Source: an uncultured Spirochaetota bacterium
Lineage (GTDB): Bacteria > Spirochaetota > Spirochaetia > SZUA-6 > Fen-1364
DNA length: 64,000 nt
Assembly (NCBI GenBank): GCA_963768665.1
Contig: CAVYIU010000007.1
Span: 512,494 to 576,493 of the forward strand
Direction: 5' to 3'
Below, one piece after another: positions 51,592-61,659 of the stretch (position 1 is the first letter of the stretch; every line of letters starts with the position of its first letter). Below the pieces are notes generated by a model. That model was not told where the DNA came from and ran no database searches. It was given only the letters and a program-made list of their open reading frames with translations. The position numbers and the translations under genes were made by a program.

Positions 51592-52907
51592 TGGCACCCC
51601 TGACGCTCGCAGAGACGCAGGAGCTGGAAACCAATTTCTACACCTTCGAAGGCGTGGTCCGCGCGCTCAATGGCGTCAACGTCGTCGTGAACCAGGGTGA
51701 GACGTACGGGCTGGTGGGGGAGAGCGGGTGCGGCAAGAGCGTGACCGTGCGCTCCCTCATGCGGATCGTCCAGGCGCCGGGGCGGATCGACAGCGGCCGG
51801 ATCATCCTCTTCCTCAACGAACAGGAACGCAGCCGCGGCATCGACATCGTGCATCGCACCGAGACCTACATGCAGTCCATCCGCGGGTCCGACATCTCCA
51901 TGATCTTCCAGGAGCCCGGCGCGGCGCTGAACCCGGTGCTCACCATCCTGGAGCAGGTGGGGGAAAGCTACCGGTTCCACCGCATGGACCAGATGCTCGG
52001 GGAAACACTCGCGTCCCTGGAGGCGGAGGTCAGCACCCGCGGGCGGAGGAGTCCCGTGCGTGCCGCAAAGTCCCTCCAGGCAGCGTTTTTCCGCAGCGAG
52101 CTTGCCAGCATGCGCCGTTTCGACGAGAAGGTCCGCACCATCGACAATGAGCTCTACCAGCTGGAAGGCCGCACCGATGCGGAGGCGGTGGAGCGCAAGC
52201 AGGACCTGAACCGTCGCCGGGACAGGACCTGCAGCGGCGGTGGCGTCGCGACGGTGGCCCGGCGGGTCCCCTTTCTCCGCCGCTACCGCAGGAGGCTGAA
52301 CACAACCATCCGGCGGCACGTCGTGGAGCTCTTCCGAAGCCTCGGCATCCCGAATCCCGAGAACGTGGCGGACCGCTACCCGCACGAGCTGTCCGGGGGC
52401 ATGCAGCAGAGGATCGTCATCGCTATCGCCCTTGCCTGCCATCCCACCCTGCTGGTGGCCGACGAGCCGACGTCCAATCTCGACGTCACCATCCAGGCGC
52501 AGATCGTGGAGCTGATCAAGGAGCTGAAACGGACTACCATCACGTCGGTGCTTTTCATTACGCATGATCTCGGGCTCGTCGCCGAGGTCTGTGATCGCGT
52601 CACGGTGATGTACGCGGGGGACGTGAGCGAGACGGCGTCCGTGCGGGAGCTCTTTCGCAACCCGCTGCACCCGTATTCCGTGGGCCTCCTCGCCTCGGTG
52701 CCCAAGCCCGAGCAGCGCGACGAGCTCGCCATGATTCCCGGAGCGGTCCCCAACCTGATCGCTCCCCCGACGGGGTGCCGTTTCCATCCCCGGTGCCAGA
52801 AGAGGATGGAGATCTGCTCCGCGCAGAAACCCCCGACCATCGAGCATTCCCCCGGTCACTGGGTGGCGTGCCATCTCTACACGGGGAAGGACGGCACCAA
52901 TGGATGA
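51591..52907 (+). CDS. Peptide-type ABC ATP-binding protein (DppD-like) with a large helical insertion
   Basis: [35 protein letters not shown]. Roughly 100 extra residues between Q-loop and signature. Confidence 0.9.
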   Translation: MAPLTLAETQELETNFYTFEGVVRALNGVNVVVNQGETYGLVGESGCGKSVTVRSLMRIVQAPGRIDSGRIILFLNEQERSRGIDIVHRTETYMQSIRGSDISMIFQEPGAALNPVLTILEQVGESYRFHRMDQMLGETLASLEAEVSTRGRRSPVRAAKSLQAAFFRSELASMRRFDEKVRTIDNELYQLEGRTDAEAVERKQDLNRRRDRTCSGGGVATVARRVPFLRRYRRRLNTTIRRHVVELFRSLGIPNPENVADRYPHELSGGMQQRIVIAIALACHPTLLVADEPTSNLDVTIQAQIVELIKELKRTTITSVLFITHDLGLVAEVCDRVTVMYAGDVSETASVRELFRNPLHPYSVGLLASVPKPEQRDELAMIPGAVPNLIAPPTGCRFHPRCQKRMEICSAQKPPTIEHSPGHWVACHLYTGKDGTNG

Positions 52908-53964
52908 GCATCTCGTCGACGTGCGGGAGCTGAAGAAGTACTACCCGGTGACCGGCGGCGTCTTTCACCGGCGCATGGCCGACGTGAAGGCGGTGGACGG
53001 GGTCGACCTTTCCATCCGCAAGGGCGAATGCCTCGGCCTCGTCGGGGAGAGCGGGTGCGGGAAGACCACTCTCGGGAAGGCCGTGCTGCGGCTCCACACC
53101 GCCACCTCCGGCCGGGTCTACTTCGGGCAGGATGCTTCCGCCATCGAGCGCGTGGAAGGCATGCTCCGTTCAGCTGATCCCCGGGAAAAGCGCCGCGCGC
53201 GCGGGCTGCTCTCGGCCATGGACCTCAACCAGATGAAGGGTCGGGCGCTCCTCGCGCTCCGCCAGAAGATCCAGGTGGTGTTCCAGGATCCCACCAACTC
53301 GCTGGATCCGCGCATGCTGGTGAAGGACATCGTCGCGGAGCCCCTGGTGGCGCAGCACCTGGTCAGGCCGCGGGAGGTGGAGGGCAGGGTGCTGGAGCTC
53401 CTGCGGATCGTCGGGCTCACCGCGGATCACCTCATGCGCTACCCGCACGAGTTCTCCGGGGGCCAGCGCCAGAGGATCGCCATTGCGCGAGCGCTGGCCA
53501 CGAACCCCGAGTTCATCCTCATGGACGAGCCGACCTCCGCGCTCGACGTCTCCGTGCAGGCGCAGATCCTCAATCTCCTGAAGCGCCTGCAGGCCGAGTT
53601 CCGCCTCACGTACCTTTTCGTCACGCACCACCTCCTCGTGGTGAAGTACATCTCCAACCGGATCGCGGTGATGTACCTCGGGAGGATCTGCGAGCTTGGC
53701 CCGACGGCGGAAATCTTCGAACGCCCTCTCCATCCCTACACACGGGCGCTTCTCTCCGCCATCCCCGTGCCCGACCCCGAGACGAAACGGGAGAAGATCA
53801 TTCTCACCGGCGACGTGCCGAACCCCATCGACCCTCCCGCGGGCTGTCGATTCCATCCCCGGTGCCGCTACGCGGCGGAGATCTGCCGGGAGGTCGAGCC
53901 CCAGCTCGCCGTTGTCGACTCCGGGACCCGCACGGTGGCCTGCCACCGGTGGCGCGAGATCTGA
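52900..53964 (+). CDS. Peptide-type ABC ATP-binding protein (DppF-like)
   Basis: [32 protein letters not shown]. Confidence 0.94.
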   Translation: MDEHLVDVRELKKYYPVTGGVFHRRMADVKAVDGVDLSIRKGECLGLVGESGCGKTTLGKAVLRLHTATSGRVYFGQDASAIERVEGMLRSADPREKRRARGLLSAMDLNQMKGRALLALRQKIQVVFQDPTNSLDPRMLVKDIVAEPLVAQHLVRPREVEGRVLELLRIVGLTADHLMRYPHEFSGGQRQRIAIARALATNPEFILMDEPTSALDVSVQAQILNLLKRLQAEFRLTYLFVTHHLLVVKYISNRIAVMYLGRICELGPTAEIFERPLHPYTRALLSAIPVPDPETKREKIILTGDVPNPIDPPAGCRFHPRCRYAAEICREVEPQLAVVDSGTRTVACHRWREI

Positions 53965-53976
53965 AAGGGGACGCAG

Positions 53977-55977
53977 ATGCCCACCTGGCTTGAGTACATG
54001 CAGTCCGGCACCACGGTGCCGGCATGGCCCTATCCCGTGCGCTACAGGGAGGAGATGCGCGCCGAGACCGACGTGCTCGTCGTGGGCGGCGGCATTGCGG
54101 GCTGCCACGCCGCCATCAACGCCCGGCGCGGCGGCGCCCGCGTGATGGTGGTAGAGAAGGAAGCGACGAAGTGGGGCGGGAACGGCGGCGCCGGCGTTGA
54201 CCACTGGCTCGCCGCGTGCACGAACCCCTGTTCCCGCGTGACCCCGGAAGAATACGCCGAGCGGGTGCGCGTCGACTGCGGCGGCTATGACTGCGGGCCG
54301 CTGCGCTACATCAATGCACGGGAGGGCTGGGACGCGCTCCTGGACTGCGAGCGCATGGGCGTGCGCATCCGCGACGACGCGGGGGAGTTTGCCGGGGCGC
54401 GCTTCCGGGACGATGCCACGCGCCTGCTCTTCGCGTACGACTACCAGAACAGGACCGACATCAGGGTTTTCGGCCATAACATGAAGCCCTGCCTGCACAA
54501 GGAGATGCGGAGCCTGGGCGTGGATATCCTGGAAAGGGTCATGATCACCTCCCTCCTCCTGGAGGACGGGCGGACGGGCGGCAGGGTTGCCGGTGCCATG
54601 GGCATCAACACCCGCACGGGATCGTTCTGCGTCATCAGGGCGAAGGCGACCATCCTTGCCACCGGCCTGCCGGGAAGGATCTGGAACTTTTCCACCGAGT
54701 ACCGTTCCACGTTCCGCGACCCCAACTGCACGGGAGACGGCGTGGCGGCGGCCTGGAATGCGGGGGCGCTCCTGACGCAGCTCGAGGAGTCGGTGCCGGA
54801 TCCCGGGGCCTTCTCCTACATCGCCTACGCCATGGGAAATGCCCACAACACGTGGCACGGCTGTCCTATCGTCGATGCCAACGGCAAGGAGGTGCCGTGG
54901 GTGGACCGTGACGGCGCGCAGGTGGGGGCGCTGGAAGAGAGGTTCCTGCCGTCCCCGGGGCAGCGTTTCATGCTCGGTCACGGGCAGCGCGTCCCCCCGA
55001 GCCGGGAGAACCACGTGAAAGAGCTCGCGCCGGACCTGCCGGACCGGATCCGCAGGGGCGAGTTCGTGCTTCCCTTGTATGCCGACCTCACGCGGATGCC
55101 GGCCCAGGAGCGCAGGGCGATTTTCGGGCTCATGGTGGGCAACGAGGGGCGGACCCGGATTCCCGTCTATGACGCGCTGACGAAGGCCGGCTTCGATCCG
55201 GACACCGACCTTTTACAGTGCCCGGTGATGCCTCCCTCAGCGTACGGTCATTCCAATTTCTGGGCCGGGACGACGGGCCCGCATTTCCGCATGTGGGGGG
55301 GAGGCGGCCTGGTGGTCGACTGGGACCTTCGGACGAGCCTGGAAGGCCTGTATGCTGCCGGGGGCGCCATCTTCGGGGCCGGCGCCCACTCCAGTGCCGC
55401 CGCGAGTGGCCGTTATGCCGGCAGGAAGGCCGCTTGCTTTGCCGGCAGCGCGGAGCTGCCCCGGGTGCACGAGCAGCAGGTCGAGCGCGAGAAGGCGCGT
55501 GTGTACGCGCCGCTTGCGCACACCGGCCGCGGCATCGGCTGGAAAGAGCTGAATGCCGGGATCGGCCGGGTGATGCAGGACTACTGCGGGCAGTACAGGT
55601 CGGAGGGGACCCTTCGGGAGGGGCTGCGCCTGCTCGACGAAATCGCGGCGTCCGAGGTGGCTTCCACGGCCGCGGCCAATCCTCACGAGCTCGCGCGCGC
55701 GGCGGAGTGCATGTCCATCGTCACCGTGGGCAAGGCCGTGATGCATGCATCCCTCGGGCGGCGCGCGAGCAGCGAGCTCCTGAGCTTCCATCGACTGGAT
55801 TTCCCCGCCCTGGATCCGCCGGAGTGGCGGAAGCTGTGCACGGTGCGGATGACTGCCGACGGTCCTGTCTGCGGCGATCTCCCCGTGGACTACGACCTGC
55901 GCGCTCCCTACGCTTCCAGCCCGCAGGAAAACTACCGCCTCCATTGCGGGGCTCCCGTCGAGGAGGGCCGGCCGTGA
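53977..55977 (+). CDS. FAD-dependent oxidoreductase of the SdhA/FrdA/AprA flavoprotein family
   Basis: DVLVVGGGIAG, AKATILATG, TGDG, TSLEGLYAAG, VMQDYCG, HRLDFP. Confidence 0.85.
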   Translation: MPTWLEYMQSGTTVPAWPYPVRYREEMRAETDVLVVGGGIAGCHAAINARRGGARVMVVEKEATKWGGNGGAGVDHWLAACTNPCSRVTPEEYAERVRVDCGGYDCGPLRYINAREGWDALLDCERMGVRIRDDAGEFAGARFRDDATRLLFAYDYQNRTDIRVFGHNMKPCLHKEMRSLGVDILERVMITSLLLEDGRTGGRVAGAMGINTRTGSFCVIRAKATILATGLPGRIWNFSTEYRSTFRDPNCTGDGVAAAWNAGALLTQLEESVPDPGAFSYIAYAMGNAHNTWHGCPIVDANGKEVPWVDRDGAQVGALEERFLPSPGQRFMLGHGQRVPPSRENHVKELAPDLPDRIRRGEFVLPLYADLTRMPAQERRAIFGLMVGNEGRTRIPVYDALTKAGFDPDTDLLQCPVMPPSAYGHSNFWAGTTGPHFRMWGGGGLVVDWDLRTSLEGLYAAGGAIFGAGAHSSAAASGRYAGRKAACFAGSAELPRVHEQQVEREKARVYAPLAHTGRGIGWKELNAGIGRVMQDYCGQYRSEGTLREGLRLLDEIAASEVASTAAANPHELARAAECMSIVTVGKAVMHASLGRRASSELLSFHRLDFPALDPPEWRKLCTVRMTADGPVCGDLPVDYDLRAPYASSPQENYRLHCGAPVEEGRP

Positions 55978-56318
55978 AGATCAGAGCGTCCATGGTCCCC
56001 AATTCCCCGACGCCGAACCAGGCCATTGATTTTGATCCGGCCGTCTGCAACGGCTGCAACAGGTGCGTGGATATCTGCAGGTCTGATGTGCTCATGCCGC
56101 ATCCCCGGAAGAAGAGCCCCCCGATCGTGCTCTATCCCGACGAGTGCTGGCACTGCGGGACGTGCGTCATGGAGTGTCCCCGGCCGGGCGCCATCACGAT
56201 GCTGCACCCGATGAACCAGGGCGTCTCCGTGGCCTGGAAGCGCACCACGGACGGGCGGACGTATCGGCTGGGCATGCGCAATCCGCCGGCCCCGAATCTC
56301 AAGCCGCCGTCGTCCTGA
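55974..56318 (+). CDS. 2x[4Fe-4S] ferredoxin (AprB-like)
   Basis: CNGCNRCVDIC and YPDECWHCGTCVMECP. GTGA overlap with the flavoprotein. Confidence 0.88.
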   Translation: MKIRASMVPNSPTPNQAIDFDPAVCNGCNRCVDICRSDVLMPHPRKKSPPIVLYPDECWHCGTCVMECPRPGAITMLHPMNQGVSVAWKRTTDGRTYRLGMRNPPAPNLKPPSS

Positions 56319-56973
56319 GGATCAGTTTCGCATCGAGGACAGTCCATCCCGAGGACGTGAAGACGATCGGGTTGATGTCCATCTGGACGAACCTTTCTCC
56401 GATCTCCTCGACGATGGCGCTCACGCGCCCAACGGCTTCCGCGAGAGCCTCCGCGTCCATGGCGAGGCCGCGGTATCCCGTGAGCACGGGAAAAACCCTC
56501 AGCTCCTGCAGCATGCGCCCGGCTTCGCTCGTGCCGCAAGGAACGAGCCGGAAGGCGACGTCCTGGTACAACTCGGTGAGTATCCCGCCGGCGCCGGCCA
56601 TGACGGCGGGGCCGAACGAGGGGTCCCTGAATGCCCCGAGGATGAATTCGGGCCCGACGATGGTGACCTTCTCTTCCACCAGGACCCTGCACCCCGGGAA
56701 CCCGGGAGACATCTTCCGCAGGGCGGCTTTCAGCCCGGCCCGGTCCGCGGCCATCTGCACGCCTTCCCTGTCGGTCTTGTGGAGAATCTCGGGAGAGCAG
56801 ACCTTCACCACCCAGGGCGGATCGAAGTCGGGGGCGTGCTCGTCGCCGGGATCGAGCCTGTGGCCGCGCGGGACGCGGAGCCCTCCGGCCGCGAGGAGTG
56901 ATTTCGATTCATACTCGTCCGGCTTTCCCGGGACCTGCAGGCCCCGGTACCAGTCTTCGAAAGACACTGTCAC
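56299..56973 (-). CDS. ADP-forming acyl-CoA synthetase beta subunit (ATP-grasp)
   Basis: EYESKSLL, KVCSPEILHKTD, DPSFGPAVM, MDINP, LDAK. Confidence 0.88.
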   Translation of the reverse strand: MTVSFEDWYRGLQVPGKPDEYESKSLLAAGGLRVPRGHRLDPGDEHAPDFDPPWVVKVCSPEILHKTDREGVQMAADRAGLKAALRKMSPGFPGCRVLVEEKVTIVGPEFILGAFRDPSFGPAVMAGAGGILTELYQDVAFRLVPCGTSEAGRMLQELRVFPVLTGYRGLAMDAEALAEAVGRVSAIVEEIGERFVQMDINPIVFTSSGWTVLDAKLILRTTAA

Positions 56974-58376
56974 GAAGCGTCTCCCAGGGCTTTCAGGGTC
57001 TCTGCCCTTTCGACCAGGAATGTCGCGGCGCGCACCGTTCGTCGAATCGAGGGAAACCCGGTCACGCCGGCCCGGTAGAACCGGCGGAGGTAGCTGTCGG
57101 TGAACGGCCCGTACTGGGTGAACACCAGGAGCGGCTTCCCCGTGCGGCCGGCCCGGCCCGCGATCTGGTCGACCAGGCCGTCGCTGATCTCCGGCGGGGC
57201 AAAGAAGGCGATGCAGATCAGGATGTCGACGCCGGGATCCTCCAGGAGCGCATCGATGCCCGCGCCGAACATCGCGTCGCTGGCGCTCGCCGTCAGGTCC
57301 ACGGGATTGCGGCAGGATGCGAACGGGAAGGAAGCCGCCCGCACACGGTCCACGGTCTGCGCCTGGAGCTGTGCCATGACGAGGGAGACACCGCGCATGC
57401 GGCTCTCGACATAGTCGGTGCACATCACGCCGTACCCGCCGGCGGCCGTGAGAACGGCGACGCGGTTCCCCGCCGCCGGGGGCAGCTGGGAGAGAGTCTT
57501 CGCCGCGTCGCAGAGCTCCTCGTCATCGAGAGCGGTGAGGATCCCGAACTGCCGGAAGGCCCCGCTTGCCACGAGGCTGGAGCCGGCAAGCCTCCCCGTG
57601 TGCGAGCCCACCGCGGAGGCGGCCGTGGCGGTGCGGCCGGCCTTCAGCACGACGACCGGCTTCTCCACGGCAACACGGCGCGCCTCCCGCAGGAAGTCCC
57701 GCCCCGCGTCGAGGCTCTCCAGGTAGAAGGCGATGCACCTGACGTGCCCGTCCTGGCCGAAATGCCGCAGGAAGTCCAGCTCGTTGAGGTCGGCCTTGTT
57801 GCCGAGGCCGACGAAAGCGTACATCCCGAAACCGGTGTTGCTCGCGAGGCCGAGCGCCTCGACGCCGACCGACCCGCTCTGCGTCACGAAGGCAACGCTC
57901 CCGCCGCCCGCGAGCGCCCGGTCACCGTGCTCGACGAAGATCGTGTCCAGCTTCGTCATCGGCAGAAAGATGCCGAGCGAGTTCGGGCCGAGGACCCGGC
58001 AGGCGGTCGACCGCGGGATTGCGCGCAGGCGGTCCTCCAGCGCCCTGCCTTCCTCTCCCGACTCTCCGAATCCGCCCGCCAGGAGGATGAGATAGCGGAT
58101 GCCGTGACGTGCGCACTCCTCGGCGGCCTCCACCGCCGCCCGCGCCGCGACCGTGATGACGGCGACATCGATATCCGTGGGAAGCTCGTCGATCCTGGCA
58201 AACGCCTTCTGCCCGAGGACTTCGGATCGGTGCGGATTCACCGGGAAGAGGACCCTCCCGGACGCCATCAGCATCTCGAAGACGATCCTGCCAGGCTTGC
58301 CCTCGGTGTCCGTTGCCCCGATGACGGCCACCGAGCGAGGATCGAGCAGCCTGGCCAGCGAGCTGTCTCGTTTCAT
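56970..58376 (-). CDS. ADP-forming acyl-CoA synthetase alpha subunit (CoA-binding)
   Basis: PRSVAVIGA, GGFGESG, LGPNSLG, TQSGS, GNKAD, SHTG (phospho-His), NPVDL. Confidence 0.9.
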   Translation of the reverse strand: MKRDSSLARLLDPRSVAVIGATDTEGKPGRIVFEMLMASGRVLFPVNPHRSEVLGQKAFARIDELPTDIDVAVITVAARAAVEAAEECARHGIRYLILLAGGFGESGEEGRALEDRLRAIPRSTACRVLGPNSLGIFLPMTKLDTIFVEHGDRALAGGGSVAFVTQSGSVGVEALGLASNTGFGMYAFVGLGNKADLNELDFLRHFGQDGHVRCIAFYLESLDAGRDFLREARRVAVEKPVVVLKAGRTATAASAVGSHTGRLAGSSLVASGAFRQFGILTALDDEELCDAAKTLSQLPPAAGNRVAVLTAAGGYGVMCTDYVESRMRGVSLVMAQLQAQTVDRVRAASFPFASCRNPVDLTASASDAMFGAGIDALLEDPGVDILICIAFFAPPEISDGLVDQIAGRAGRTGKPLLVFTQYGPFTDSYLRRFYRAGVTGFPSIRRTVRAATFLVERAETLKALGDAS

Positions 58377-58442
58377 GGATTGCGGTCCCGAGTATCGCGA
58401 ATTGTTGCTCCCCCGGTCAAGCATGGCCGGGGGGCATGGTGG

Positions 58443-58471
58443 TTGACTCACCATGCCCGCGATTGTAACGT
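58443..58471 (+). promoter_or_regulatory. Sigma70-type promoter upstream of the GH18 gene
   Basis: TTGACT-N17-TAACGT. Confidence 0.55.
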
Positions 58472-58486
58472 CGTGAACAGGTTTTC

Positions 58487-59582
58487 ATGCGGAACAGCCC
58501 TGACAACGAACTGCTGACACGATTGCGCCGCGCGTTACGGGCGCTTCCCGTGCTCCTTGCTTTCCTTTTCTGCACGCTGGGCGCTGACCTGTCGGCCACC
58601 CACGCCGAGGCGCCGCGCGCTCCCGCCTTCCAGGAGATCTGGGCCTACTTCATGCGCGGCGACGAGAAGGAGCTCACCGGCAAGGAGCCCATCACGGCCC
58701 TCTGCTATTTCGGTGCGAGCCTGAACACGGCAGGCAGGATACCGGAAGATATCGCACGGCCGGTCATCCGGTGGACAGCATCACGAAGCCGAGGATGTAC
58801 CTCGTGGTCGCCGAGCTCTCCAACTTCGCCCTGATGCACTTTTCCCTGGATCCCGAGTACGGCGTGCAGCCGCAGCTCATCGCCGATATCTGCCGGGTCT
58901 CCGACCCTTTCGACGGCGTCCAGATCGACTTCGAGGCCGTCTCGCGCGACGACGCGGAGTATTTCTTCGGCTTTCTCGCCGCGCTGCGGGCGAAACTCCC
59001 CCGGGAAGGCCCTGAGCGTTGCCGTCCCGGCGCGGACGCAGCTCGTTTCCGACGCGTACGACTACACCCGCATCGCGCCGCTCGTGGACAGGATCGTCAT
59101 CATGGCGTACGACGAGCACTGGAGCGGCAGCACCCCCGGTCCTGTCGCCTCCCTCGCCTGGTGCGCGAAGGTGGCGGACTACGCGACCAGCGCGATCGAC
59201 AGTGACAAGATCGTGATGGGCCTGCCGCTCTACGGAAGGGCCTGGCAGGACAAGAAGCTTGCAAGGGCACTGCGCTACGAGGCCGTGCAGGACCTTGCCG
59301 CCGAGAAGAGCAGCCAGACCAGCTACACGTCACCTGGGAGCGTACTTCGAGTACTCCGAGAATGTCCTGGTGAAGGTCTTCTACGACGACATACGGTCCC
59401 TCGTCGAAAAGCTCACCCTCTACCGCTCCCGGGACATCAGCTCCGTGTCCTTCTGGCGCATCGGGCAGGGGCCCCCGGGGCCGTGGACCAGCATCGAGAC
59501 CGAGGACGCCGCGAGCGCGCCACCGTTCGGGGGCTGGTCGCAGACCGTCCCCGCCGGATTTCGGACCGTCGAACCGCGGTAG
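58487..59582 (+). CDS. Secreted GH18 family glycoside hydrolase (several frameshifts)
   Basis: Signal peptide, FDGVQIDFE, IMAYDEHW, PGPVAS, MGLPLYG, VSFWRIGQ spread over four ORFs. Confidence 0.8.
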
Positions 59583-59603
59583 CCCGGGGTGCGACCGGCG
59601 GCC

Positions 59604-60928
59604 TTGATCGGTACTTCGGCAGCCAGTCTCCGTGCGCCTCGATCAGGTCGTCGCAGAGCGACACGATCTTGTCGAGCGTCAGCTCGGCGGCGGTGTGCGG
59701 GTCGAGGAACGCCGCGTGGTAGATGTGGTCCTTCCTTCCCGTGAGCGCGGCCTCCACGGTCAGGAGCTGCACGTTGATGTTGGTGCGGTTCAGGGCCGCG
59801 CACTGCGGCGGCAGGTCGCCGACGTGGCACGGCCTGACGCCGTTGCGGTCGACAAGGCACGGGACCTCCACGCACGCCTCGCGCGGCAGGTTCGTGATCA
59901 GTCCGTGTTGGGCACGTTGCCGCCGATCTGTACGGGCCGTTGGTCTCCATGGCTTCCATGATGCAGGAGCCGTACTCGTGCGTGACGCGTGTGCGTCAGC
60001 GCCTTGTTCCGACGAGGTCCGCGCGCATCTGCTTCCCAGCCCTCGATCTGCTCCACGCAGCGGCGCGGATACTCGTCGAGCGGGATGTTGAACTCCTCGA
60101 TCAGCTCGGGGTAGGCGGCCTTGATGAAGTACGGCACGTATTCGGAGCTGTGCTCGCTGGATTCGGTGACGTAGTAGCCGAAGCGGTGCATCATCTCGTA
60201 GCGCACCAGGTCCTCGCTTCGGGCAGCTCCTGCCCCGTGCCACGGCGGCCGCGTCCTTGATCTCGGGGTAGAGGTCCACGCCGCCCGTCGGTGATCTCCA
60301 GCAGCCAGCCCTGGTGGTTGATGCCGGCGATCTTCCACTGCGACCTTCTCGTCGTACTCCATGCCGACGTCCCTGCAGCAGCCATTCCGCGCAGCACCTG
60401 GACGCTGTGGCACAGGCCGACCGTCCTGATCGCCCGAGCCTTGCAGCATCGCCGCCGGTGATCATGGCCATGGGTTGGTGTAGTTGAGAACAGCGCGTCG
60501 GGGCAGACCTCCTCCATGTCGCGGGCAAAGTCCAGCACGCACGGGGATCGTGCGCAGCGCGCGGAAGATGCCGCCGATGCCCAGCGTGTCGGCGATGGTC
60601 TGGCGCAGGCCGTACTTCTTGGGGATCTCGAAGTCGATCACCGTGCAGGGCTCGTAGCCGCCGACCTGGATGGCGTTGACGACGTAGTCGGCGCCGCGCG
60701 AGCGCCTTGCGGCGCTCTTCGGCCCGAGGGCCTGCGATGCGCGCCGTCGCCGCCCGCGTTGCGGTTGATGTTCTCCAGCATCGCGCCGCGAGTCCTCGAG
60801 CCGGCCGGGATCGATGTCGTACAGGGCGATATCGGACTCCTGCAAGCGCCGGCGTCATGCAGGCAGTCGCCGAGGACGTTCTTCGCAAAGACCGTGCTCC
60901 CCGCGCCCATGAATGTGATCTTCGGCAT
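59604..60928 (-). CDS. melA: GH4 alpha-galactosidase (heavily frameshifted; 3' end approximate)
   Basis: MPKITFMGAGSTVF, DFEIPKKYGLRQTIADTLGIGGIFR, NYTNP, GLCHSV, AGINH, TESSEH, VEVPC, LDPHT. Confidence 0.85.
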
Positions 60929-61103
60929 GGAATCCTCCTCCTCGATGTCGAACGATGATGCACACTCTTTGCATTCTTTTCCACCAGGCGCGGGCGGGCC
61001 TGGCGGATCGCATTGCGTTTCGGCCCCGATTCTGGCAGGATCGATACAGGCTCGCCATGAGACACTCCGGGCCGAAGCGAGATCTGCGAGAGAGAGGCAC
61101 GAG

Positions 61104-61659
61104 ATGCTTGAAGGATTGGCGCGGTACTGGTGGGCGTTGCTGGCAAGGGGACTGCTTGCCATCGTGCTTGGAGTCCTGGCCTACGCGTGGCCGACCATTT
61201 CGCTCGCCGCGCTCATCATCGTCTTTGGCGTCTACGCCCTGGCGGATGGATTCTTCCTCGCCGTCAAGGCTGTTGGCAACTGGGCTGTCATGGACGACCG
61301 GTGGCTGCTCCTGCTCGAGGGGCTGGTAGGGATAGGCATCGGGGCCATTGCCCTTTTTGCACCGGGCGTGACCGCCGTTGGTCTCCTCTTTTACGTGGCG
61401 GCGTGGAGCCTCGCAACCGGTTCTGGAGATCGCCGGTGCCATGCGCCTGCGCAAAGAGATAAAAGGCGAGATATGGTGGATTCTCTCCGGCTTCGCCTCG
61501 ATCGCCTTCGCGATCTTCCTGCTGGTCTTCCCCGGGGAGGGGATGCTGAGCCTGTTGTGGCTGCTGGGGGCCTATGCCATAGTGTTCGGCGTGCTCCTGG
61601 TTGCCGTGGGCATCAGGGTCCGTGTCCACAAGTCCGACAAGGAGCTCACCCAGACGTAG
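61104..61659 (+). CDS. HdeD/DUF308 family membrane protein (one frameshift)
   Basis: WWALLARGLLAIVLG, FGVYALADG, LEIAGAMRLRKEIKGE, GAYAIVFG. Confidence 0.85.

Noticed and set aside
53977-56318. Call as dissimilatory APS reductase (aprAB) or succinate dehydrogenase
   Set aside because: No sat, qmo or membrane-anchor genes and only family-level motifs, so it is left as AprA/SdhA-like.
60958-60974. Imperfect inverted repeat ATGCACACTCTTTGCAT upstream of melA
   Set aside because: A plausible operator but a single short instance in the most error-prone region, which is not enough support.
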